Shown here in pieces: positions 11,932-23,714 of a stretch of DNA of 64,000 nucleotides (its first letter is position 1; the number at the start of each line of letters is the position of its first letter). Position numbers and translations under genes: made by a program. The notes below the pieces were generated by a model. It ran no database searches. It was not told the origin of the DNA and worked only from the letters and a program-made list of their open reading frames with translations. The DNA lies in assembly GCA_030248215.1 (NCBI GenBank), contig JASANG010000727.1:124001-188000 (forward strand), written 5' to 3'. This DNA is from Enoplolaimus lenunculus (taxonomy: Eukaryota).

Positions 11932-14900
11932 GTAGCGCTGGTTAAATTTATTTATACAAAAGTTCAAATTCTCAGACAATAGTTGTTAAGCAATATAATT
12001 AGTAACCATAAGCTACAAAACGTTGTTTAGTGATAGAAGTTTTAACAGTAAATAGTAGCCGTTTATTGAAACAAAATAAAAACAATCTGGCTTATCTATT
12101 TTATTTAAATAATTTTTGAACGACAACACCTACACTCTTGGAATTCTAGTATACCTGTCGTGTTAAAAGTTCCAAGGTACATCAACTAGCAAGCATCTAT
12201 ATCTTGTTAATTTCTCCCCACTGCATACACGAGTTATTAAGTTAATGATTACCACTGGTAAAAAGGCTGATACATATAGCCATAATGATATTTTTCCGGA
12301 CATCCATCTGAACACGACTTTAGTAGAGGCAGTATCGCGAATAACACAGGGTCACAAATGTACCTACTTAGCGTGTAAAGGCGAACGGACATTTCGTGCA
12401 GCTGAAATAATTTCGTAGAAACGGTACAAATGTGGAAAAATACATTGTTGCTGCTTAAGCGGGGTCAAGTAAAAGTATATATTAGTAAATTGTCACCAGC
12501 AGAATATGGTTTAAATGCAGGAAAAAGGTTAACGGACATGGCGGCAATCAAAAATACTTCGAAGCAGGTGACAACTCTGCCAAAAACAAAGAATATAACA
12601 AGAATGTTGTTGGGTCCAAGTAACATGGAATGAATTAAAATAAGCAACAGTCGGTAACCAAATAACATGTGTGACTTTCTGGAAATACAAACTCCCTCTG
12701 AGAAAAAACTCACGGGCCCATGTATAGAACAGGGCCGGAACAGTAGTATAAGCATATTCCTAAGCCTAAGCCTAAGCCTAAGCGTATGGATGAGCATATT
12801 CCTAAGCCTAAGCCTAAGCCTAAGCGTATGGATGAGCATATTCCTAGAGCCTAAGCGTAAGTTAAATTTTACTAACTTTTTTCAGTATAAATGTACTAAA
12901 TATTGAGTAAGTAAATAAGTAAAACTACTGCTGTCATTTCCTGATTAATTAAGTATCTAAATGTAAAACTAAAAATTTTGTGTTTGCTTAAAATTAAGTA
13001 AAACTTTTCCAAGCACCATAGTAGGTAAAGGGACACTTAATTGGTCAACAGTTTTACTTAATTTTAACTATGTTTTAGTGAGTAAGCAAGATGCGCGAAG
13101 CTTGCACGCCAAGGTGCAAAATGTTTTGAAATTGCTTCCGCCCATTTAGGGAATAATGGGTAAAATATGGTGTCCGTGACACAATGGATAGTCAAACGAC
13201 GACTTTGTTGGACACTGAGGGCATGCAATTATACATCGCTTGCTGGTATCGTTTTCCAGGAGGGGCTGTAATAGAGTCAGTTTAAGTTTTAGACTTTTTT
13301 CGCTTAGGCTTAGGATTAGGCTTAGGCTTGGGCTTAGGAATATGCTCATCCATACGCTTACGCTTTCTTTATTTCTTTATAAATAGATATTAGCCTACCA
13401 GAACTACCAGTGCCGGAGCAGACAGGGGTGGAGGCTCCACTCAAACTCCAGCGTGGCGGCCACAAACTCGCGAGCAAAGCGAGCGAGAAGCCAGGCACAT
13501 TTGTTAACTTCTGCAGTTTTTGCTTCAACCGGTTAGGGCGGGGGCCCGTTTAGGGGTGGTGCCCCTCCCAAATGGGGGTATGGGTACGGGGGTGGCTACT
13601 CCAACCTGAGAACTACTAGAAAGGCTTCGTAGGAAAGTGTACATGAGCCGATGGATTTTTACTATTGCATATCTGTCCCAAATGTAAGGATTATACATGA
13701 AACAATGTTACTTACAAATAAATATATGATTCTAAGTTAAGCAGTACTATATAGAGCCCTTCACGAAAATTTAGTTGCAGATGCGATATAGGGATTGCGC
13801 CCACCACATAGGGATTATCGAACGACTGCTCGAAAGACTGGGCTACACAGCCATTGAAACTTTTCGCTGCAATGACTCTATATTCTCTGGTGCTGTTTAT
13901 GTTTCGGTGGTAGTTTTAGTTTAGTTATAAATGAATATAATGTACGAAATAGCCGAACTGTACATATTTTACGTTTAAAAGTTAGAAAAATGTTTTTCAC
14001 ATCTTTAAACGCTGTGTTGCATAGACTTGTGCAAAATGTGGCATAAACTTTGTTTTAAACTATTAAATTAATTAGTATATTAATCATTTAGCGTTGTGAA
14101 GCTTTTACTGTTAATATAGTGACCCCGAATAAGAGGGGGACAGATATTTATTTGGCCTCTCCAGACGGTACCCCCTTGTCCGGTTATGGACTGTTATTGA
14201 TTTTTAACCCGCCCTGCGCGCCGCCCTTCGTTACTAATATATATCGGGTATCGCAAATATCAGTTGAATTGTGTATTTGTCTTGTATCAAAAGGTCTTGA
14301 GCCATAATACAAGGATTTGCTTAGTAATGTACTTTCAAAACTTAAGTACTCTTTAAAGTTTCGAACTCAACTTTGCTTGGTCCTGGAGTCATTTATGCGC
14401 CAGAATTAGCGATAATTGACATTTATGGACTCTAATTAGGGTTTAGGGACTCTATCCGCTTACGGACTTTTATTAAGGATACAGACTTTTATTGATTGAG
14501 ACTCATAATAAGGACCCACCTTATTACCCTCTCTTATTCGGGTCATTACAGTAAACGTTCGACTAGAATTTTATAACAGGATGCTTGGTTTTCCTGTTCT
14601 ACTTTAGCTCGCCCCATACCCTAAAATGCAGGAAGGAAGCCCTTAACACACGCAAGAGCCCCGCACAAAATTTAACCGAAATAGTCTCTAACTGAGTCAA
14701 ATTCGGCTCCGCCAGAATCAGATTCGACTCACTGAGTCGCACGTTTGACTCGAATTTTGATTCAGTTTGTGTAGTCTGGAAAAGCCTATTTCGGAGACAG
14801 TCAATTTGACTCCCAATTTTTTGCAGTGTATTAAAATTGATTCATAGAGTTCAACTTTATAAATTCTTTACGTAATTTGCAATTTTACAAAATCAAAATA

Positions 14901-15109
14901 ATTGCTATTCACACTAAAAGAACTAATTTTGAAGTTTGCTTTATTCTACGTCTTGTGAGGCAATAAAATAAAAATCCCGTAACGGTGGGGTCCATCTCAC
15001 ATGATGGGCGCCCTCGTTAACCCTACCAGCTCTCATTTGGACAGGTGTCGAACGAAACTTATTTGGCAGAAATTTATTGGTACATGAGTAGCATCGTAAA
15101 TTTAAAGCT

Positions 15110-18100
15110 ATGATTTTGGTCTTTATCATTATTACGGTTATTGATACAGTAGCAGCAACCAGCGAAAGCGACAAATCTGTCCATACGTGTACCTACACAT
15201 TTAACTGTCCGTTGTGGAGTTACTGTGACAATTTGACGTGCAAGAAAGGCGCAACCGTAAAACATATACAAGGTAGTGACTCGGGTCCACGGTGTAACCT
15301 GATATCCATTTTCGTTTCCGGTAAAAACGATGTCCGTTTCTGTTTCCGTTTCCGTTGTAGAAATACCGTAAATTCTGTTATGTTTATACTCAAAAGTTAG
15401 TTGTAAATCACGGACCATGTATAGAACAGGGCCGGAACAGTAGTATAAGCATATTCCTAAACCTAAGCCTAAGTCAGCCTAAGCCTAAGCCTAAGCGTTG
15501 CAAAATAATATAAATCTAGAATCTAAACCTACTCTTTATAGACCAACCAGAAACCTGGACGTCTCTTAAAGTAAAACATGGGCCAGTGAATTTGCCATAG
15601 CGCAGATGTTTGCCTAGAATTTATTTAGCGGCAAATCCATATTCAATTATATTACGAATTGTTTGCTGTACGATACAAATTTTCAACATTTCTTAACGTA
15701 CCGTATGTTACGAGAGTCTTAACCAAGATTTCAATACGGCTGCGGGTAAAACCACAAGTAACAAGTGCGCTCTAATAACAGGAACGCTATTTATGGTTCG
15801 TTAAAAGTGATTTTGCTGGTCTCACTAAAAAGTTGGGAATAGAACATATCTGCTCTATCTTTTCCATTTTACATCCCTGCTTCATACCACGCCGAGTTTT
15901 CCACATTTCTTGAACAGAAATGCGGTGAAAAATTTCTTAGCAAAATTAAAAACGAACAAAACCGTTCAATTCGAGCAAAATGCAATTTTTGTTGCAGTAC
16001 AAGTTTGTTGTTTCAGATTTGCAATGTACATTTTCAACGGAATGTCCACAAGGTTATCGTTGCGCACAACTGACTTGCATTCAAACTAAAAGCAGTACAG
16101 GCTCGTCGGAAACAAATGATCCAGAAACGTTAGTATCCACCGTCATGAACGTCCATGGGAGCGGACTAGTGGTCAAGAGCCATGCCAATTGATAAATTTT
16201 AAAATTTAGTGATGACATTTCGTGTCAGATATTTTCAACATAGTCCAATAGAGGATACCACGAGCCCGTAGCCAGCTCACCGTGCAAGGGGAGCTAAAAA
16301 ATTTTTAGGAGGGGCATTCAAGGGTTTTTAATGATTTGCAAGCCAGATTGAAAATTTTCTCGGGGGGCCCAAATTTTTCCAGGAAGGCTCACCCCCCCCC
16401 TTGGCTACGGGCCTGGGATACCACTTTTCAATTAATAAAACAGCAAATGTTTGTAATGAAAGCCTCAGAGGACTACCAATTTCAACTCCTGATTATACGA
16501 ATGCTCATATGGCTTTTATATTGTACTTCGTAACCGAGAAACCGACATACGTATTTTGGGCAGTGTTCACAAAGTTAGTAGTTATAAACTGAAAGTCTAA
16601 TTCTGTAAATGTAAAGCGTGTCTTGGTTGTCGTCGCTCAAGTCATAGTTCAGCCAATTCCGCATTGTGCTAATCAAAAATGGAATTACGACTTGGGTGAG
16701 CCCAAGGCGGAATTATGTCTGAACTCGCGTCTGTTGTCAGTCTTGAGAGGCAAATTACCTTAGTAAAACAAACGGTTTAGTAGTTAACAGATAGAGATTA
16801 GTTAGCCAATCAGAATAGAGTGTTTCAACTATAATGGCCTATGTAAACCTCGCTGCCGTTCCAAAATTCCACCATCACATCGCAACAATTTGAGGTGTTG
16901 TCGATAGTGAAATTTTGGGATCTCGGGTTATCGTCGAATTAGGTATTTTGGGATTTTGAGATTTCGGGATATGGTCGAAGGTCGGACTTTGGGATTTGGA
17001 ATATGGTCGAAGATGGGATTTTGGGAATTTGGGATTTCTGGATATGGTCGAAGGTGGGATTTTGGGATTTTGGAATCTCGGGATACTTTTGGTCGAATGT
17101 GGGAATTATGGATTTTGGGATGTCGAGATATAGTCGATGGTGGGGTTTTGAGATTTTGGGATTTCGGGATATATGATCGAAAGTGGGATTTTGGGATTTC
17201 GGGATATGGTCGAAGGTGAGATTTTGGGATTTGGGGATATGGTCGAAGGTGGGATTTTGTGAATTTGGGATTTCGGGATATGGTCGAAGGGGTAATTTTG
17301 GGATATTGGGATCTCGGGATAAGATCGCAGGCGGGATTTTGGTATTTTTGAGTTTCGGAATATGGTCGAAGGTGGGATTTTGAATTGTTGAATTTCGAGA
17401 TACGGTCGAAGGCAGGGTTTTGGGATTTCGTAATATGGCCGAAGGTGGGGTGCTCCCTAAAGCCTAGGCCTACACCTAAGCCCAAGCCTAAGCATAAGCC
17501 TAGTAAGCATATGCTTTAGTCCAAGGGTCATTTAAGACCTAATCTATGAAGCCTAAACCTAAGCCTAAAAGCCAAGCGTAATGGGATTGGGATTTCGGGA
17601 TATGGTCGAAGCTAGGATGCTCCTGAAGCCTAAGCCTAAGCCTACACCTAAACGTAAAACCCAAGCCTAAGAAGCCTATTAAGCCTACGATTTAGCCCAT
17701 GGGTCGTTTAGAATCTAATTTACGTTTAAACCGCAGCCTTTGTCAAAGCCTAAGCCTATGCCATTTACGGTCTGATCTATGCTTGACCAAAGACTTAAAG
17801 CGTGCTCCAAAAACCTAAGCCTAAGCCCAAGCCTAAGCCTTAGCATGAGCCTAAGCCTAAGATTTTAGACTGAGGATCATAAAGCCTATTCCATAAGCGT
17901 CAGCATGAGCCTAAGCCCATGCCTTAAGCCTAAGCCTAAACCTAAACTGAAGCCTAAGCCTAAGCCGTAGCCTAAGTCGATGCCTAAACCTATGGCTGAG
18001 GCGCCAGATCCTACGCCTAAACGCCTAATTCTCACCCAATCCGGAACCTTACCTAATCCTAAGCCTAAGATTGAGTCTTGCCAATTCCCAGACCTAATCA

Positions 18101-20638
18101 TCAGCCAAAGTATTGCGTAATACTAAACCTAAAGCCCAAAGACTAAGCCAAAGGAATTGCTTGCAATGAATTGTTTTGAAATCACAACGTCCCAAAATCA
18201 TGAAATCCCACCACAAACAAGAGCTATCAATTTTTTAGCTGGGACGATGGGATTTTGGGACGGCAGTAGCAAGTATACATGGGCCCAACTGATCGTATTT
18301 GAGTACATATGGCATTAAGGTGATAAAGTACATAACCAATTACGAGGCGTGCGCTTGTAGCAGGGAATGAATTACGTCATGGTTTAGCCCAAATCGTAAT
18401 TCCGCACTGGACAAGTCCAATTCGGAATTGGGCTTAGCCCAATTTCGAATCTGGCTTAGTTACGGCTTAGGATAAGACATATACATTGTGAAGGGTTTGA
18501 AACCCCGCAGATTAGTAAAGTTGGACCTGTGTTCGCGTAATCCGGAAAAGCCTATTTCGGAGAGAGTCAATTTGACTCACAATATTTTGCAGAGTACGTA
18601 CTTTCTTCTCCACAGCAAATGATTGCAAAAAGATAGCAATATTTTGTTTCAGACCAACAGATGAAACTGACGAAAATCTAAAAAGATGTACAGTTGCAAA
18701 TGATTGCTTTTTTGGTTTGAAATGCGTTGCAGGACAATGTCAAAGGGTACAAAAATGTGATTACGACTATGAGTGCCCGTATGATCAATACTGTTCAATT
18801 GGATATTGCACCACAGGCGCGAGCAATATTCATTTGGAAGGTATGTTAATTGACGTGTCTTATGCAAGTTTGTCGGAGTTTTAATTCTACGAATATTTTG
18901 TATTTATTGCAGAATTGCAAAGATTTTCTATACTTTCGAAATAAGTGGGATATGGTAACCATCGGAAATTCTACACTGCAAAAACTGGTGAGTCATATTG
19001 ACTCTCTCCGAAATAGCCTTTTCATTACTACACAAACTGAGTCAAAATTTAACTCCGCTTGAGTCAAATTCGACACAATTTGACCCTGGTGGAGTCGAAT
19101 TTTGACTCAGTTTATGTAGTCAGGAAAAGACTATTTCGGATAGTGTCCAATTTGGCTCACCATTGTTTGCAGTGTAGAGAAACGATGAAAACTTACCATT
19201 ATGGGCTTAAATAATTTGTCGGCTGATAGTAGATACAGAATGATTTTTCTAGCTCGCCATAGGACTGTTGGCATAACTCAGTTTGTGTAGTTCCGAAAAG
19301 CCTATTTCCGACAGAGACAATTTGACTCAGCATTTTTTGCAGTGTATGAACGTTTTCAGGAATCGCTTGCAATAAAACGGAAGATTGCAAAGATCTCAAG
19401 TACAATTATGTATGCGATTTGACAGAACAAACGTGTTATAGAAGGTAAGACGTTGTTTCGAAAATTCTTTTATATGGCCCATGTTAAACAATTAATGCCT
19501 ATCCATTTATCCTAAATCTTAGATCTAACCAGAAGTCTAAAGCTTAATTCTAAGCCTAAATCTCCCAGTGTTTAAGTCCCGCAACCCATTGGACAAGCCA
19601 CTGTTATTAACAAGAGCCCACACCCAATACTCAAAGCTAAAATGTATTGATTGGCTTATTACAGCGCTGTTTCTGGTTAACTTCTCTATAATTTATCTTT
19701 CAAGATGCTTTTAGTTAGCTATGTTTTCCGCGGCCCATGTATAGAACAGGGCCGGATCGTTTTCCGGTGAAGCTGTAATAGAGCCAGTTTAAGCTTTAGA
19801 CTAACTTTTTTGCTTAGGCTTAGGCTTAGGCTTAGGCTTATTAGGCTTAGGCTTAGGCTTAGGCTTATTAGGCTTAGGCTTAGGCTTAATAATATGCTTA
19901 TATTACTGCTCCGGCCCTGTTCTATACATGGGCACTTTCCGCAAAAAATTCTAATGATTATTTGCTAAAACTTAGCTTCGGGAAACGATGACCACACTAG
20001 AACACCTTTGCGAAACTCCAGCCTTTTGTGTTTAGGGTGTCTAAGTGGGTCTACTGGTCTTAGTGATAGCAATTTTATAGAAATTAATATAAAATTCTTT
20101 TTCGGTATGCAGAAAAAGAACATTTATTGAAAACACTAACGGTGACGCAACGCGCAGTTTATATACATCCTTTCACTGGTTCCTGGATTTAGTTTGCAAG
20201 GACATAGACCACATATCGGAACTGTAAGTAGTTCGTGATTTCGGATACTACTCAAGAAACCACAAACTCCGCGTTTAGGTCCGTATTCCAATGACGCTAA
20301 CTCGCTATGGTTCAAAAGTGCAGTCGTTTTCCCAGTTTATTCCCCCCAACACCGTATTAAAGCTATACAAGTAAGGCACGAATATGACTATACAAGTACA
20401 ATGCTTGAACTGCCGACCTCATTATTCAACCGAATGTGCCGAAAGTTCCTTTTATAGGATACTTTCGGTATCGTTTGTTGTTAATTTATCTCAACATAGA
20501 AGTTACATAATTTTTATGCATTGTTTCAGAGCCGAAACTTACGTTGCAAACGCTATTCGAATATCTGATACGCTAAATTGCTCAAATATTATTATTGCAA
20601 TTGCAATTTGTTATTTATCTTTTATATTCAATGCATAA
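15110..20638 (+). CDS. Secreted, probably GPI-anchored cysteine-rich repeat protein (~218 aa, five 4-Cys modules), uncharacterised
   Basis: Exons 15110-15272, 16017-16128, 18653-18840, 19360-19444, 20530-20638; all introns GT..(T)TTCAG with compatible phases (1,2,1,2), giving an open 657-nt frame. N-terminal signal peptide [16 protein letters not shown]; modules [95 protein letters not shown]; hydrophobic C-terminal tail [16 protein letters not shown]. Confidence 0.8.
16261..16415. mobile_element. Short hAT-like MITE
   Basis: TIRs GCCCGTAGCCA / TGGCTACGGGC; perfect 8-bp TSD GGATACCA. Confidence 0.75.
16853..18266. mobile_element. 1.4-kb TIR element containing a G-rich minisatellite and a degenerate (GCCTAA)n tract
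   Basis: TIRs CTGCCGTTCCAAAATTCC / GGGATTTTGGGACGGCAG (16/18 match); minisatellite of GGGATTTCGGGATATGGTCGAAGGTGGGATTTT-like units ~16910-17450; GCCTAA repeats ~17455-18150. Confidence 0.65.
18974..19174. mobile_element. Palindromic EnSpm/CACTA-like MITE (CACTGCAAAAAATGGTGAGTCAAATTGACTC family)
   Basis: Long TIRs ending CACTGCAAAA / TTTGCAGTG with TA flanks. Other copies at ~26878-27086, 35297-35517, 38066-38188, 38342-38520, 47502-47715, 49242-49440, 51836-52057, 61815-62037; partial copies ~14690-14828, 18540-18595, 19275-19344, 29095-29220, 57519-57610. Confidence 0.85.
19732..19934. mobile_element. TTAGGC-bearing MITE, subfamily A (GGCCCATGTATAGAACAGGGCCGG TIR)
   Basis: ~24-bp TIRs, internal (TTAGGC)n, 8-bp TSD TTTTCCGC/CTTTCCGC. 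Confidence 0.85.
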
Positions 20639-21385
20639 GTGTCTTAAAAGTTTGGGGTTCGTTTAGTTTACCATGACATTGATTGAACGTCATTTTTTGT
20701 TCACTTTATTTTATATCACTGTAAATTCCAGTGAGTTGATTTTAACTCAGAACGAGTTGAATCCAGTCAGAAACTTGAGCTCTAAATAAGTCTTTCAGAA
20801 CTCGACAGAATTCTGAGTTGGATTGACTCATTTGAGATAATTAATCAACTCGGCTGGAATTGAATAAGCTCAGAGTGAATTAATAGTTATTGCTATTAAC
20901 TCACAAATGACCAAAAATAACCAATTATCTCTCTGAGCTGATTAATCAATTCACTGAAATTTAGAGTATAGTATTAAAGGTTGAACGGCCCCACATACGA
21001 ATTTTGGGCAGTGTTAAAGCGGATTTTTACAAATATTAAAATGTTGCATATAGCAGCCGCTGGCAAAATGGCTGTTATTGCCGTGTTTTTGGGCGATATT
21101 ATATCTATTGCCCGTAAGTTGAGTATCAGCCCGAGGGCTGATAAGTTTAATATCACTCCTTGGGCCGATATTAAAATATCAGGGCCGATATTAACTTTAT
21201 CAGCCCTCGGGATGATAATCTTTATATCTATTCTAAGTAGGAGGCAATTTGTCTTATATCGCCCAGACAGCATCTTTTGATGTGGGTAATAAATTTTTAT
21301 TTCGGACGCCTTAAAATCAACTAAAATAGCAAAAAATATGACATTGTTTACATTTTATGCGTTGCTAATAGTTCTATGGAACTGA

Positions 21386-21622
21386 GGCCCATGTTACTTT
21401 AAGGGGCGTCCAGGTTTCTTGTGGGACTATAAAAAAGTGCGTTTAGATTCTAGATTACATTTTTTACATAGGCTTATTCTTACGCTTAGGCTTAGGCTTA
21501 GAAACTCATTTTTGCAACACTTAGGCTTAGGCTTAAGAACTTATTTTTGCTACGCTTAGGCTTAGGCTTAGGCTTAGGAATACGCTTAATCAAATGTTAC
21601 GCCTCTTAAAGTAACTTTGGCC
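21386..21622. mobile_element. TTAGGC-bearing MITE, subfamily B (GGCCCATGTTACTTTAAGGGGCGT TIR)
   Basis: Perfect 8-bp TSD GGAACTGA; internal TTAGGC repeats. Other B copies ~24832-25014, ~26170-26345, ~45957-46104, 49549-49710 (TSD AACAGAAA), 58502-58699, 59408-60021 (TSD AATTAAAT). Confidence 0.85.
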
Positions 21623-23714
21623 GGAACTGATATGCTTTGACTGTCCTATTGAATAGATCCATAGATGTCTGTGCTTAAACGTGTTTGTTCCGGCTAAGTG
21701 TAGTATTATATTTTGGTTATTTAGTGTTGTAAATTTGCAACCACGCTGAGTAGTATATTTTTGAGACGACGTGGAGGCCGTCTCTCTTAAAAGAAGTTAA
21801 TGTTTCGGGGCGTTAAATTCTACCAAACTGCAAAATGCAAAAATGACAAGTTTAGCTTTATTTTGACCAATGATGTTCGTTTACTTGTATTGAATACTTT
21901 GGCTGAACGCAGTGTGCCGGCCAATTTAAACTATCTTTGAAGGATCAGCCCATCTCGGTTTGGTTGGGCGTAGACTTTTGAGGTATCTGGTTCGGCTGGT
22001 GGTTTGTCTGGTGGTTTTCAGGACATGGGAAAAATTGCATATATTCTTGGTTTTGAGGTGCATCACGATAGTTTGGCAAAGAGGTGGTAGGCTAGTTTTG
22101 ATAAAGACATACGTGGGCAGTTTTGTATTGGTTCTTTTGGTGTGTGCATAATAAAAGCCTGTTAAGTTTTGCTAATTGGCGATGTTAGCAGTGCGCTATG
22201 ATACGCAGAAAACGCAATTGTCCAAGTTGTACATCAAGTTTAACGTTAACTGAGGTGTTCGTTTATGATTGGTTTGTTTTGTACATCTGCGGCAACTTGA
22301 ACGGCGATTTTGAAGTTGAAAAGTCGCTGTTATTAGGTGGAAAACTATGAACCGATCGGAATCACTCAAGCTAATCCTGTGCATTTCTCACATGTGTGAT
22401 TATTCGGAATAACATTTTTTGGAAATTTATGATCTGTTTTTGTTACATTATGTGAATGTAAGCACTAGCGAATCCCCCGTTAGAAATTTTCTTGTTTTAA
22501 ATTGGGAAGGTCCGTATTTTACAATTTTTTACCCTCAGACAATTTTTTGTAAAAAACACATTTTTCCCTCAGAGTTTTTTATGATAAAATGGTAATGTCC
22601 CTCATATCTTACAATTTTTCGCACTCAGAAAATTTTTTGGTGATAAAATGATGAGATGCCTTTGCGTTTCATAACATTTGCCAGTCCGCCTCGCTCCCGT
22701 TAAAAATTTTTGGGATCCGCCTCTGAATGTAACGTGCTCGTAGAGTCGTAGTCAAGTGATCTTGCTATTGTCGTAAAAAGATATTTTGATTTTATCAACG
22801 TAGCAATTCGGCAAAACTTGACATCCTTAAAAGTACTGACATTAACCTGACTACCGGTACTTTGCCAGTGTACGCTTTAAAGTGGTACACAGGTTGTGTG
22901 TCCAAAAATAAAATGCCATCTTAAAGGTTGTGAGATGATTTACAAGCGAGATTAAAACATTTCTAAGGGGTTAATATTTTTCTGAAATGGTTGAGATTTC
23001 TGCCCTCCTCTGGCTACAGGCATGTAAAGTGATTGTGCTATAAACTCACTTCTTGACCACACTTGAAACCATCCGTGGTACTTTCGATACCATATATGTT
23101 GTGGGTAGTTGAATCTATATCTCTGGGGCTCAGCCTGTGAAGCCATTAGAAGTAAGCGCACATACGATAGAATAGCGAACGAGCTTAGCAATCCAGAAAG
23201 AAACTAACTGTATTTTATATCTACGACAGTTTTTGTTTGACCTGGTTAGGGTGGATGCTCCCACAAATGAGAGTAAGGGGGTGGCTGAGCCAGCCCTGTC
23301 GATGATTAACTTTAGATTGAAGTTTTTGCAAATCGCGAAATATCAGATTTGTTTGGTGGTCTACTGTTGCTGTTAAGCATATTTTCGGCAAAAGAATGAA
23401 TTTAGTTTGAAACTATTGGCGTGTATTCTTGTTTGTACCCAGTCTTCATTGCCGCTTTTAGGGGTTGCTGGTTATGATTCGTTAAACGAAGATTAATTTT
23501 AAAATATCACACGAACCCAAAATTTGGCCCTAATGTACCAATTGCCTAAGCAACAATTACCCAAACGCGACAATTGCCAGGACGCCAGCAATTGCCAACC
23601 GGCTAAAGTACGCAGCCGTCAATGCAATTGCAAATAAGGTCCAGGTACTGGAGGGCCGTTACTAAAAATCAATTGAACTTTTGTGTAATTTTTAAATCAA
23701 ACGATTTGTTTTAA

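Noticed and set aside
16928..17485. 185-aa repetitive ORF and overlapping ORFs
   Set aside because: Open frames over a minisatellite with no coding signature or splice context.
17455..18150. Long TTAGGC-like tract as a true telomere or chromosome-fusion scar
   Set aside because: Degenerate, internal, and enclosed by transposon TIRs; genes continue across it.
18913..18943. Possible alternative terminal exon (ttgcag|..[10 protein letters not shown]) giving a soluble form of the Cys-rich protein
   Set aside because: Supported only by one acceptor-like site; cannot be distinguished from intron sequence without transcripts.
22952..23191. 79-aa ORF with a hydrophobic N-terminus
   Set aside because: Non-ATG start in the track, no recognisable motif and no supporting splice structure.
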